Shown: positions 10,943-20,679 of the stretch, piece by piece
Layout of the letters: every line of letters begins with the position of its first letter
Position numbering within the stretch: the first letter of the stretch is position 1
Assembly (NCBI GenBank): GCA_034520565.1
Contig: JAXHNL010000002.1
Location: 1,652,175 to 1,716,174, forward strand
Length of the DNA stretch: 64,000 nt
Origin: Halodesulfurarchaeum sp.
GTDB taxonomy: Archaea; Halobacteriota; Halobacteria; Halobacteriales; Halobacteriaceae
Direction: 5' to 3'
Program-made: the position numbers and the translations under genes
The notes under the pieces: model-generated
Told to the model about the DNA's origin: nothing
What the model saw: only the letters and a program-made list of their open reading frames with translations
Database searches by the model: none

Positions 10943-10990
10943 CTGGACTGGGCGTCGGTACGAATAATTCTGGCACTCCGTTCGAATCCG

Positions 10991-11557
10991 CTACCAGTAA
11001 AACAGGTTCTCGGAATCCGTCGGTTTCCCGACGACGTCACGGATCCTGGCCGCGAACAGGTCCCGGCTGTTCGCCGATTGCACGGTGACCACGGTGTCGG
11101 CACCGGATCCAGTCCCGCCAATGGCGAGCACTTCCTCGTCAGCTGGCACCAGCCCGGCATCACATCCCATGAGTACGATTTCGAGGGCGACTTTCGTTCC
11201 CTGGCCAAAAAGCCGAAGCACGTCCGCGACGACCTCGTGCGCAGAAAACCCGTCTTTCTCCCGGAGGGCCGATCCGACGTTGCTGAAGACCATCGGCCCG
11301 ACGAACACAGAACCGCCCGCCTGTTCGATCAATTCCCGGTTCTCGGTTTGGAACTCCTGTTCGTTCGGTTCGCGATAGCCCGTCGAATGTCCGACGACGA
11401 CCACGTTTCGTTCCGAAGTATCGAACAGTCTCGCGGCCATTGCACCCGTTTCCCCGGACGTCGATGCGACCACCACGTCCGGTATTTCGTGCTCGACGGC
11501 GTACTCGCTGGCCCGTTTCAGCACGGCTTCGGTCCCCATATCGTCGGTTGGAAACAT
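10991..11557 (-). CDS. Stand-alone pyruvate kinase C-terminal (alpha/beta)-like protein, MTH1675 type
   Basis: VVVASTSGETG, LRLFGQGTKVALEI..M..DAG, IGGTGSGADT motifs; start MFPTDD. Confidence 0.8.
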   Translation of the reverse strand: MFPTDDMGTEAVLKRASEYAVEHEIPDVVVASTSGETGAMAARLFDTSERNVVVVGHSTGYREPNEQEFQTENRELIEQAGGSVFVGPMVFSNVGSALREKDGFSAHEVVADVLRLFGQGTKVALEIVLMGCDAGLVPADEEVLAIGGTGSGADTVVTVQSANSRDLFAARIRDVVGKPTDSENLFYW

Positions 11558-11648
11558 CGTCGGTCCGTTGGGACCCGAAAGGGGAAACCATACAGCCCGT
11601 TTTCTGTGGGTTTGTGGGTGTGTCTTCCCCGGCGACGGCGGAAACCGA

Positions 11649-12761
11649 TCACTCGTGGTCGTCCAGAACGGTCGCGTAGGCGTCCTCGAGCCTGTCGATG
11701 GCGTTCGAGAGGCTGATCTCGGCGCGGTAATCGAGACAGGACGCCGAGAGCGTGTCCTGTTCGTCCAGTGCTCGATCGATTTTCGCCCGGAACCCCTGGA
11801 TATTCCCCGGTTCGTAGTGATAACCGGTTTCCCCCTCGACGATCGTTTCAGCGAGTGCGCCGGCGTCGACGCCGACCACGGGCGTTCCACAGGCAGTCGC
11901 CTCCAAAGCCACGATGCCCTGGGTTTCGACCGGGCTCGGGAAGGCAAAGACGTCGAGTGCGTTGTAGAACGACGGCAGTTCGGACCGGTCCAGGAATCCC
12001 AGAAACCGCGCGTCGACCTCGTTTCTCTTGGCGGCCTGTCGGAGCGAATCCGTTGCGGGGCCCTCCCCACCGAACACGACTGTCACGTCGAGGCCGGCGA
12101 CCGCTTCGAGAATGGCTTCGAGATTCTTCTCGTGCCCGTGTCGGCCCGTGTACCCGATCAGCGGTCGGTCGTCTGGGAGGCCATAACGGCGTTCGAACTC
12201 GACGGATTCCTGTGGACCGAACCGCGTCGTATCAACGCCATTGGGATGGGTTCGAACGGGGACCGCCGCTCGCAATCGATCTCGGAGGGTGGCCGCGGTC
12301 TGCTCGCTCGGGGCGAGAACCATATCAGCTCGCTCGAGGAACCATCGCTCGTATCGACTGCTTATCGCTCCAACCGGTTCTGCGAGGGCGTCGGGTGCAA
12401 CGTAGGAGGCGTACTCCGCTGTCGGGGTATGATACGAAACGACCAACGGGACCGATTCACGCCTGGCAAGTCGGTACCCGGCAAACCCGATCGAGAAGGG
12501 GGTATGGGCATGAACCAGATCGACGTCCCCCGTCTCCTTTGGGATACGTGGAACTCCCAATCGGTATCCCTCGTAGAACGGAAACGGAATACTGAAAACC
12601 GGGTATTCGCCCGGATCCGCGTCGTACGAGGACGCCGGATAGACGACGGCCATCCGGCCACCGCGCTCTCGATAGCGTTCTCGCCACGCGGAGATCGTGT
12701 AGGTGACTCCGTTCACGGTCGGGAGGTAGGTATCCGTAAAGGCGGCGACCGCAGGTGGCAT
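11649..12761 (-). CDS. GT4 family glycosyltransferase
   Basis: FTDTYLPTVNGV, HAHTPFS, ETQGIVALEATACGTPVV. Confidence 0.9.
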   Translation of the reverse strand: MPPAVAAFTDTYLPTVNGVTYTISAWRERYRERGGRMAVVYPASSYDADPGEYPVFSIPFPFYEGYRLGVPRIPKETGDVDLVHAHTPFSIGFAGYRLARRESVPLVVSYHTPTAEYASYVAPDALAEPVGAISSRYERWFLERADMVLAPSEQTAATLRDRLRAAVPVRTHPNGVDTTRFGPQESVEFERRYGLPDDRPLIGYTGRHGHEKNLEAILEAVAGLDVTVVFGGEGPATDSLRQAAKRNEVDARFLGFLDRSELPSFYNALDVFAFPSPVETQGIVALEATACGTPVVGVDAGALAETIVEGETGYHYEPGNIQGFRAKIDRALDEQDTLSASCLDYRAEISLSNAIDRLEDAYATVLDDHE

Positions 12762-12860
12762 CGTGCCGTGCTACGGGAGGGGTTATTAAGAGCCTACTCA
12801 CTCGGCGTCGAGACAGGGCTTTCCAACGTGTCTCAACGCCACGGCCCATGGCGAGTGCTC

Positions 12861-13858
12861 CTACCCGTCGACCAGTTCTTCGTAAACCCGAATCAGGTCC
12901 CCTTTGATGGCTTCGAGCGTGAACGCTTCGCTCCGGGTTTGTGCCCGCGACCCGATCGCTTCCCGCCGCTCGTCCTCGAGCAACGCCGTAATAGCTGGGA
13001 CGAAATCCGCATCGGCTTTGAGACAGTCCCGTCCGTCCTCGAGCCACTCGAAGGTCTCGATGTCCCGGACGACGGGTGCAGCACCGGCGGCCATCGCCTC
13101 GAGAAGGGCCATCCCTTCGTTTTCGTTGTGCGTCGGGAAAAAGAAGATGTCTCCCGCTGCAAACGCCCCACGAATGTCCTCGACGTACCCCGTAAACGTC
13201 ACGTTGTCAGGGGCCGATTCGACGAGGCGTTCGGTCTCGCGGCTGCGGAGTACTCGATCGAACGTCCCCCAGTCGGGTTGAGATAGCCGAACCACGCGAA
13301 ATCCAGCTCCGGAAGTTCCCGAGCCGTTTCCACGAAGGTTTCCAGACCCTTCCGTGGAATCACGTGCCCGACGTTGAACACGACCGGTGGCGAGAGGTCG
13401 AACCGCTCGAGATACGTCTCTCTGAGCGATTCGAACCCATCGATCTTGTCCGGATCGTAGCCGTTCGAGATGACCGTTGTCGGCGTCTCGGTATACGTTT
13501 TGATGGTTCGTTCGTTATACCGGGAGGGACAAATCAATCGGTCGCCGAGATCGTAGGCGTACTCGAGGTAGGGACGAAGCGGTTTCGCCAACAGGTCCGA
13601 GAAGGCGAAACTCCCCGCGAAATCTTCGGCCGTCTGATGGCTGTGGATGATGACTGGCGTCCCAACCTCCCGAGCCCGCTTGGCCGCGAGGAGAGATCGC
13701 GGGCCCATATTGTTCAAGTGAAGTAAATCCGCTGCGGGGTCGGGGGAGCGGGTGTAATCGATTCCGGATCGCTCGAGGATCTTGCGCTGATTTTTCACCG
13801 ACTGCTTGTGGCCCCCCGTAATGTACTGCTCCCACTCGAAGTAGTGACTTACCTTCAT
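12861..13858 (-). CDS. GT4 family glycosyltransferase split by a 1-nt frameshift at the C5 run 13266-13270 (probable assembly error)
   Basis: MKVSHYFEW...FAWFGYLNPTGG joins TFDRVLRS...ENEGMALLEAMAAG if one base is added. Confidence 0.8.
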
Positions 13859-13969
13859 CCCTCGCTCGACAACCTGCATGCAAGTTCGAGGTGAGGGGTC
13901 CATAAATATGCACCACTCTTCCCGCGCCGATCGCGACACGTTCATGGCCCGCCGACCCGGACGGCAGGT

Positions 13970-14260
13970 ATGTCTATTCCGGCAGCACGCATCGAGCGAC
14001 TGGCGGATCTCGCCCACGAGGCCGCTCATAGGGGGCAGATGGATCGAGCTCGACGCTACGTCCGTCTGTCCCGGCGGATCGCCGAACGCAACCGACTTTC
14101 TCTGCCGACTCGGTTCGATCGGTTCACGTGTGACGCGTGTGATGCCTATCTGCTTCCGGGGCGAAACGCACGCGTTCGGACGAAAGACGGTCACGTCGTC
14201 GTGACCTGCTCCTGTGGGGCCCACGACCGATATCCATACCGGGTAGAACGTCCATCGTGA
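13970..14260 (+). CDS. rnp4: Ribonuclease P protein component 4 (Rpp21)
   Basis: ARRYVRLSRRIAERNR, CDAC..L.PG...RVR, CSCG zinc ribbon. Confidence 0.9.
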   Translation: MSIPAARIERLADLAHEAAHRGQMDRARRYVRLSRRIAERNRLSLPTRFDRFTCDACDAYLLPGRNARVRTKDGHVVVTCSCGAHDRYPYRVERPS

Positions 14261-14340
14261 AACCGAAAATTACCCGCAGCGGACCACCTCCCTCCGGAGA
14301 GCAAACTTTGACGTAGGCACCTCGTCTATTTTGGATCACC

Positions 14341-14583
14341 ATGAGCGAAGATCTCCGTGCCAAGGCCCAGAACGTCGACGTCACCGTGTGGGTCGGTAAA
14401 GCGGGAATCGATTCGGTCCAGGAGGAGTTGGCCGACCAGCTCGACAGTCGGGAACTGGTCAAAGTGAAGTTCCTCAGGTCGGCACGCGGGGAGGGCGACA
14501 CCGACGAACTCGCAGCACAACTTGCCGATCTCGTCGATGCAGAACTCGTCGAAACCCGCGGAAATACGGGGGTGTATCATTGA
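14341..14583 (+). CDS. YhbY/CRM RNA-binding protein
   Basis: VWVGKAG, ELVKVKFL, ETRGNT; next to rnp4. Confidence 0.9.
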   Translation: MSEDLRAKAQNVDVTVWVGKAGIDSVQEELADQLDSRELVKVKFLRSARGEGDTDELAAQLADLVDAELVETRGNTGVYH

Positions 14584-15467
14584 TGGTCCCGGCGCAACTC
14601 GCAGTCGGTCCGATCGGTGAGTTTCTCGCCGGATTCGGGGTCCCACTCGCCGGAACTATCGGTTCGGCGGTCGCCTTCGTCGCAGTATTCGTCGGGATCT
14701 TTTACGGTGGAAAGATCCTCATCATGCCGATTGTCTCGCGGGGAATGGATCGACGCGGACTCGACGAACATGCGAAAACGCCGATTCGGCGGGTGACCGC
14801 GGGTGTAATTCTGTTTGCCGCCATCGGGGCAGCCTTCGGCGCTGCCGGGTTTACCGGCTTTCTCCAGTCGCTCGCGACGATCGCGGCGGCCGCCACACTC
14901 GCGATCGGCTTTGCCCTCCAGGACGTGATCAAGAACTTCGTCGCCGGGGTGTTCATCTACACCGACCGGCCCTTCCGGATCGGGGACTGGATCGAGTGGG
15001 ACAGCCATTCCGGCGTCGTCGAGGACATCTCCCTCCGGGTGACCCGCGTTCGAACCTTCGACAACGAGTTACTGACGGTTCCGAACTCCGCGTTGACCGA
15101 CGGCGTCATCAAAAATCCCGTCGACGGCGATAGACTCCGTCGGACATTCGTTTTCGGGATCGGCTACGAGGACGACATCGAGGAGGCCACCGAGATCATC
15201 CTCGACGAGGCGACCGCCCACGAAAAGATCATGGACGACCCTGGCCCATCGGTCCGAGTCACCTCGCTCGGGGACTCTTCAGTTGGGCTCCAGGCGCGGA
15301 TATGGATCGAGAACCCGTCCCGGGCGGATTTCGTCCTGACCCAGTCCGAGTTCGTCAAATCGACGAAGGAAGCCCTCGAAGCGGCAGGAATCGACATTCC
15401 GTACCCCCAGCGAGTGCTTCACGGCGACCTCTCCGTCGGCGAGCACCCCGTCACAGGAGAGCAGTAG
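14583..15467 (+). CDS. mscS: Small-conductance mechanosensitive channel
   Basis: IGFALQDVIKNFVAG, PFRIGDWI, IDIPYPQR. Confidence 0.9.
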   Translation: MVPAQLAVGPIGEFLAGFGVPLAGTIGSAVAFVAVFVGIFYGGKILIMPIVSRGMDRRGLDEHAKTPIRRVTAGVILFAAIGAAFGAAGFTGFLQSLATIAAAATLAIGFALQDVIKNFVAGVFIYTDRPFRIGDWIEWDSHSGVVEDISLRVTRVRTFDNELLTVPNSALTDGVIKNPVDGDRLRRTFVFGIGYEDDIEEATEIILDEATAHEKIMDDPGPSVRVTSLGDSSVGLQARIWIENPSRADFVLTQSEFVKSTKEALEAAGIDIPYPQRVLHGDLSVGEHPVTGEQ

Positions 15468-15489
15468 CTGGGTTCGAGAAAAACGGAAT

Positions 15490-15802
15490 GAATGGTGGAC
15501 GAGCCGAGGTGGCCCGGCGTTCCGGCCCGAATAGTCCCGGTCGCCTCCTCCACCCCGTGACCCTTCGAGCGACGCCCGTTCGGCGGTCCGCTGCTCACTT
15601 CCGTGCCTGACGGAGTGCCGCCGACGAATCGCGGAATCAACCTCCCTGCAGAGGCGACCCGCGAACCGGTGTCCCCGAAGGACGAGGCTTCGCAGTCGGC
15701 TTCCGGGGTCCGGACCGGTCTGTCCGGACGCCCTCGGCGTTCGGCCCCCACTAATGACCATGTGGCGGGCGAGGGGCGGGGCCAAACCGCCCGGCCTAGT
15801 CC
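15490..15802 (-). ncRNA. ffs: Archaeal SRP (7S) RNA
   Basis: Reverse complement starts GGACTAGGCCGGGCGG and contains helix-8 CAGGCACGGAAGTGAGCAG with GGAA loop; ~310 nt; 3' end approximate. Confidence 0.9.
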
Positions 15803-15899
15803 AGATTCACCTACCAGTCATTCCATTAAGGGCCTTTCGGGTCGTGCGCACGACCTGGCGGGTCGAAACGGCCAAAAGGCCACTGTCCCATGTGCGGGT

Positions 15900-16148
15900 A
15901 TGGGACTCGGAAGCACTGCAAAGAAACTCCAGCAGGTCGTCGACCTGGCGGATGACCTCTATGCCAAACTCAACGATCTCAAATCCGACCTGGCAGGGAT
16001 GCGGGATACGATCGAGAAGACAAACGAGACAGTGGAGTCTCTCGAGGCCGAGCTGGAATCGCAGCGGGCCCTCATCGAGACAGTTGCTGAATCACAGGAC
16101 ATCGAGGTCGAGGAGTTCGAGCCGGGTTCGGACGAGGAAACAGAATAG
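15900..16148 (+). CDS. DUF5798-like coiled-coil protein
   Basis: MGLGSTAKKLQQVVDLADDLY N-terminus. Confidence 0.75.
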   Translation: MGLGSTAKKLQQVVDLADDLYAKLNDLKSDLAGMRDTIEKTNETVESLEAELESQRALIETVAESQDIEVEEFEPGSDEETE

Positions 16149-16167
16149 ATCGTTTCGGAGCCACTTT

Positions 16168-17007
16168 TCAGCCCAGAACAACACTCACTCGACCGACGAT
16201 AAACGCCGCGGCGGCGAGAAACATCCCGTACTTGAGCCACTGGTGCCCAGTTCCGGGATCCTCGCGACTTCGAACCAGGGCGGCGAGCATCAACAAATCG
16301 GCAGGGATCACCACACCGAGATAGGGAAGCCCGAAGAGATGGGTCAGATAGGGAATCGGACTGGCAAGGATCGCAACCACGAGTGACGCGGCGGCGATGC
16401 CCAACGCCCCTTCAGTGCCGAACGCGATCGGAAGTGTCGTGAGGCCTTCCGCTCGATCCCCCTCGACGTCCTCGATGTCCTTGATCACCTCACGGGCGAA
16501 CGTCGAAAGTGCGGCGAGCGCAAAGAGAACGAGCCCATCCTGCACGCGACCGACGGCGGCGGCCCCGAACAGGAACGTGCTCCCACCCAGATAGGCAACG
16601 AGCACGTTCCCTGCACCGGGCCGACCTTTGAAGAGCACGGTATAGGCCACGAGACCGAAGAAATTGATCAGGGCAATCAGAATGGCCACTGGGGGGAGGA
16701 TCAGTGCCAGTCCGATGGCGATGGCGAACAACATCGCACTCCAGACGAGGGCGCCGCGTGGAGGGACGTCTCCCCGAGGAATCGGTCGCTCGGGGTTGTT
16801 GATTCGGTCGATGTCCCGATCGAAGTAATCGTTGACCGCGTTCCCGGCCCCGGTTGCGAGAACGGTCGCGATGACGGCCGCGCCGAGGAGCCGGGGTTCG
16901 GCTGTCAATCCAGCAGCGACGAATCCGCCGATGAGAGTAAGCACGCCCGCCGCGACGCTGTTCACCGGGCGGGTGAGTTCGAAATAGCTCCGCGCGGCCC
17001 CGCTCAT
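16168..17007 (-). CDS. Digeranylgeranylglyceryl phosphate synthase (UbiA family)
   Basis: ELTRPVN, NDYFDRDIDRINNPERPIPRG, REVIKDIEDVEGD. Confidence 0.92.
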   Translation of the reverse strand: MSGAARSYFELTRPVNSVAAGVLTLIGGFVAAGLTAEPRLLGAAVIATVLATGAGNAVNDYFDRDIDRINNPERPIPRGDVPPRGALVWSAMLFAIAIGLALILPPVAILIALINFFGLVAYTVLFKGRPGAGNVLVAYLGGSTFLFGAAAVGRVQDGLVLFALAALSTFAREVIKDIEDVEGDRAEGLTTLPIAFGTEGALGIAAASLVVAILASPIPYLTHLFGLPYLGVVIPADLLMLAALVRSREDPGTGHQWLKYGMFLAAAAFIVGRVSVVLG

Positions 17008-17213
17008 GGGTTCGGTGACCGCCGCCGCCGATATAAGTGGGGCGAATCCGACCAGCGTGGACCCCCCAACTGGCGGTCCGTACCCAAATCACGAGTGACC
17101 AGAATCGACTCCGGTCTACGACACCGAGTCAGTCCCTGAGGGGGTTTCGAGACCATCGACAGGTCAAATCGCATCGGGAGGTTTAACAGGCCCCTCGGCA
17201 TATCGACGGACGC

Positions 17214-17288
17214 GGGCGCTTAGCTCAGCTTGGACAGAGCACTTGGCTTCGGACCAAGGGGTCGCGGGTTCAAATCCTGCAGCGCCCA
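17214..17288 (+). tRNA. tRNA-Arg (TCG)
   Basis: GGGCGCT/AGCGCCC acceptor, anticodon arm CTTGG-CTTCGGA-CCAAG, T-loop TTCAAAT. Confidence 0.95.
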
Positions 17289-17370
17289 TTTTCCGGCGAA
17301 CGACAGTGAGCCGTGAAAATCGGGCCAAGGGATTTGAGCCCTGGAAGACGAGCGGAGCGAGTCTTCATCC

Positions 17371-17393
17371 GGTTCAAATCCTGCAGCGCCCAT
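17371..17393 (+). repeat. Duplicate of tRNA-Arg 3' end
   Basis: ggttcaaatcctgcagcgcccat identical to 17267-17289. Confidence 0.9.
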
Positions 17394-17826
17394 CTTTACA
17401 AAAGATTCAATACTTTTTGTCTGATTGTTTGGCCTCGAAGATCATTAGGCTATATCTAAATAGACCATTCGTGAATAGTAGTAATTTGTTAATATCCATG
17501 GTTTCACACTTTATCCTGGATCTCCCTTTTGTTCTCTACCTAATTCCTCAACTATCATTTGATACAACTTAGAGGGCTTTACCCCTAATTTCTCAGCTTT
17601 GGGCTTCACCGCCGGATTATCAGGTCCTAATTCGTTAAGGCGCTGTGACCGCCGTAACCACGAGTGCTGTAAGTAAAGGTGGTCAAAAGGCTCGGCCCGA
17701 ACTATCCAGAACCGTCAGGGTCGGTCGTGAGATAGGGAGAATAGATGCAGCACCGCTGGGACGAGAAACGAGATAGCGAAGTTCCAAAAGGTAGAACAAC
17801 TTCGCAGCGTCAACGTTTTTGTATCC

Positions 17827-19011
17827 ATGTGGCCACTTGCCCGGGTGAGAACCAGGGCAGCTCATCAGGAGCGAGGGAATGGAACCCACTTTTTGTTCCT
17901 GTCGCTCTTCTTCACGCTGGCTCTTACTCAAGTTCCCACTGTGTCAGCCCACGGGAGCAACGCATCTCTCCATCTCGACCCGATTCACGGCGTTCTCGTC
18001 ATCGCCATCGGACTGGGAATAGTCGCCAGCGCCGTAGTGCTCAGACGGCGACACCAAATCACGGCGACGCTCGCGCTCTCTGGAGTTCTGGTCGGCCTCT
18101 TCGTGATGACAGTCGGAACGATTCTCTTCGATGGCCTCACTCCCGATCCGACATACACAGCGAGCACGATGCCCTTTCCACGGTCCTGGTATCAGCCCAT
18201 CGGACTATTAGTCGGACTCACAATTGCGATTCTGAGCGTCGTCCTCGGACTGGTTCGTTGGCCGACGCGTCCCCGGTACACTTTCTTCGGGATACTCACG
18301 GGGATATGGATCATGTATCCGTATCTGCTCCCGGGTACGAGCGCGCAGAACCCCCTCGGTTATGCACTCGTCCTCGGATTCCCGGTCTTCGTCGGGTACA
18401 TCCTCTGGAAGGATACTTGGGGAATCCTGCGCTCCGTCCTGCACGACCGGGTCGCTCGTCGATTCGGCGTCGGAGTTGGCGCAATCGCGGGTCTGTTCCT
18501 CATGTCCACGACCGGGTACCTCTCCTTCTTCTGGGAAGAAGGCGTCCCACGGAAGCAGGTCGTCACCGTCCTTCCGGTGAATTACCAGCTTGTTCGGTGG
18601 CCCACGCTTGAGGTCGTTCTTCCATCGATTCCTTTGACGGTCGCCCTCTCGGTCGGGATCGTGGCCATCGTCGGACTCCTCAGCGTCCTCATCGGGCTGA
18701 ACGCAGCAGTCGTTGCGAGGAAGTGGCGGAGCGGTAAGGGTGGAGGAGTGGTTCAGAGTACGGCGGGATCGGGGGGCGTCCTCGGAGTATGTACCTGTGG
18801 TTGCTGTGGACCGCTGGTAGCAAAGGTGACCCTCCTCGCGGCAGGCCCTGCGATCTCCGCCCCACTGTACTGGGTGTTCGTCGATACCTCTTCGCCGCTC
18901 AGTACGCTGTTCATCGTCGCAAGTGCCATCCTGTTCACCGGGACGCTCGTCTATACGGCTGACTCCACGCGTCAGGCAGGGACAGTCAACTCGATGCAGA
19001 CTGCCGATTGA
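17827..19011 (+). CDS. Multi-TM membrane protein with CTCGCCGP motif
   Basis: About 10 hydrophobic segments; AHG after a signal-like stretch; start uncertain. Confidence 0.75.
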   Translation: MWPLARVRTRAAHQERGNGTHFLFLSLFFTLALTQVPTVSAHGSNASLHLDPIHGVLVIAIGLGIVASAVVLRRRHQITATLALSGVLVGLFVMTVGTILFDGLTPDPTYTASTMPFPRSWYQPIGLLVGLTIAILSVVLGLVRWPTRPRYTFFGILTGIWIMYPYLLPGTSAQNPLGYALVLGFPVFVGYILWKDTWGILRSVLHDRVARRFGVGVGAIAGLFLMSTTGYLSFFWEEGVPRKQVVTVLPVNYQLVRWPTLEVVLPSIPLTVALSVGIVAIVGLLSVLIGLNAAVVARKWRSGKGGGVVQSTAGSGGVLGVCTCGCCGPLVAKVTLLAAGPAISAPLYWVFVDTSSPLSTLFIVASAILFTGTLVYTADSTRQAGTVNSMQTAD

Positions 19012-19128
19012 GGCCATTTCCAGAAAGAGCCATTCGAGTCTCTCAACGCTCTCCCTCCGACTCCCGGCCGAGAATTGGGTTACACAGGCAAGTCCCTTTC
19101 AGTCTGGACGGGGTATCGATTAACGGGA

Positions 19129-20020
19129 ATGGCGAACCACGACCACGGCGCTGAACCCACGTCCACGGACCAGAGCGTCCGCAAACTCGGGTTGGTTGCC
19201 GCGATTAATCTCGTCGGATTCGTCATCGAACTGATCGGTGGCCTCGTCTTCGGGTCGGTCGCACTCCTCGGTGACGCCTTTCACATGTTGTTCGATGCGC
19301 TTGCGAACGTCATCGCGCCCGGAGCAACCGTAATCGCCCGCTTTCGAATCCGGGTTGTCGGTGGTCCTACGGTTTACATCGAATCGAACCGTTTACCGCG
19401 TTTCTGAATGGCGTTCTCCTCATCCCGATGGTACTGTATCTTGTCTACGAATCGTACCAGCGGTACCTGTCTCCTGTGGAGATTGATACGAAGACGACAC
19501 TCATATTAGCGACTGGCGGTCTTCTCATCAATATTGGGTCTGTTTCCGGCCTTCAGGATGGAGAGATGAGTCTGAACGAACGAGGGCCATTCTACTATCT
19601 CCTCGGCGACGCAGGTGCGTCGGTAGCAGTTATCGTCTCGATGCTCGTCGTACGGTTCACCGACTTGTATCTCGTTGATCCTGCGACAGCCGTCATCATC
19701 GCGGGCCTCATCGTCTGGTCGGCAGTGATCCTCTTACGCGAAAGTGGTGCAATTTTCTTCCAATAAAGTCCGATTTAACCGGAGGAAGTAGAGACCACCA
19801 TTGAATCACTTGATGGTGTCGAGACCGTCGAGGACCTTCACATCTGGGCACTCTCCAGCCAGATCGCCGTCGCCTCCGTCTACGTGACGGATTCCACGAC
19901 CACGCTCGACGAACGAAACGCACTCGTGGGTGAATCCACGACCTGTTGGAGTCGGAGTTCGACATCACCCATGCGACAGTCGAAGTCGTGGCCCAGCAAC
20001 ACGAACACACTCTCACCTGA
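19129..20020 (+). pseudogene. CDF (CzcD-type) cation efflux transporter pseudogene
   Basis: SVALLGDAFHMLFD, DLHIWAL, ITHATVE fragments broken by frameshifts and a TAA at 19764-19766. Confidence 0.85.
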
Positions 20021-20079
20021 TCTACCTGAGGAAGGGCAATCAGGAGTTCAACCACCCTGATGAAGACAAGTGCCGAAGG

Positions 20080-20207
20080 ATACCGTCACTCGAACCAGTC
20101 GGGTTTGAGTCTCGTCAGTCGGAGTGCGTTCGTCGTCACACTGCACTCATTGCTCTGCTGCCATCGACGACAGCGACTGCGACGATTACCAGCCAGAAGG
20201 AGACACT
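20080..20207 (-). pseudogene. Second, more degraded remnant of a P1B-ATPase 3' end
   Basis: Nucleotide similarity to 23991-24120 (ataccgtcactcgaacc...gcgttcgtcgtcac...gcgactgcgac). Confidence 0.65.
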
Positions 20208-20240
20208 CACTGGCGTGCTGAAACACCAGGGGGATAGCAG

Positions 20241-20651
20241 CTACTCGACGACGATGATGCCCGTCATCCCCGAACTTTCGTGTGGAATACAGACATACTC
20301 GTAGGTTCCGGGGGTTTCGAAGGTGTGTTCGTACGTGTCTCCTGACGCGATCAATCCGCCACTGATGTCGTTTCGCGCAGCCTGTTCCGACTCGAAGCCA
20401 CCACTGGCGAAGTACGCCGCATCGGAGGGAATCTGGCCGTCGTAAGCGGTCACTGTGTGTCCGACGTCACTGTCGTTCGTCCATCTCACAGCGGTGCCAA
20501 CGCTGATCGTGAACTGCTTCGGGTCGAACTCGAAGTCGCCGTTCATCGAGACGCGTTTCACGCCGTCTGACTCACCGATGGCTGAACAACCCGCAGAGGC
20601 CGTCGCTGCGAGTGTCGCCCCGCAGAGTCGAAGTACCTGTCGTCGCTTCAT
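20241..20651 (-). CDS. Halocyanin/plastocyanin-like blue copper Tat lipoprotein
   Basis: MKRRQVL Tat motif, AGC lipobox, GHTV and YVCIPHESSGM type-1 Cu ligands. Confidence 0.9.
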   Translation of the reverse strand: MKRRQVLRLCGATLAATASAGCSAIGESDGVKRVSMNGDFEFDPKQFTISVGTAVRWTNDSDVGHTVTAYDGQIPSDAAYFASGGFESEQAARNDISGGLIASGDTYEHTFETPGTYEYVCIPHESSGMTGIIVVE

Positions 20652-20679
20652 AGCTTGTGTGGGTTTTGATCGAGGGTGA

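Noticed and set aside
15490-15802. RNase P RNA (suggested by nearby rnp4) or the overlapping short ORFs
   Set aside because: Sequence has the SRP RNA 5' end and helix-8 motif, and no RNase P GAGGAAAGUCC motif was seen
17510-17720. Recurrent cctaatt words and an open minus-strand frame in the AT-rich island edge
   Set aside because: No start codon or recognisable family; spacing irregular; may be a gene relic but unsupported
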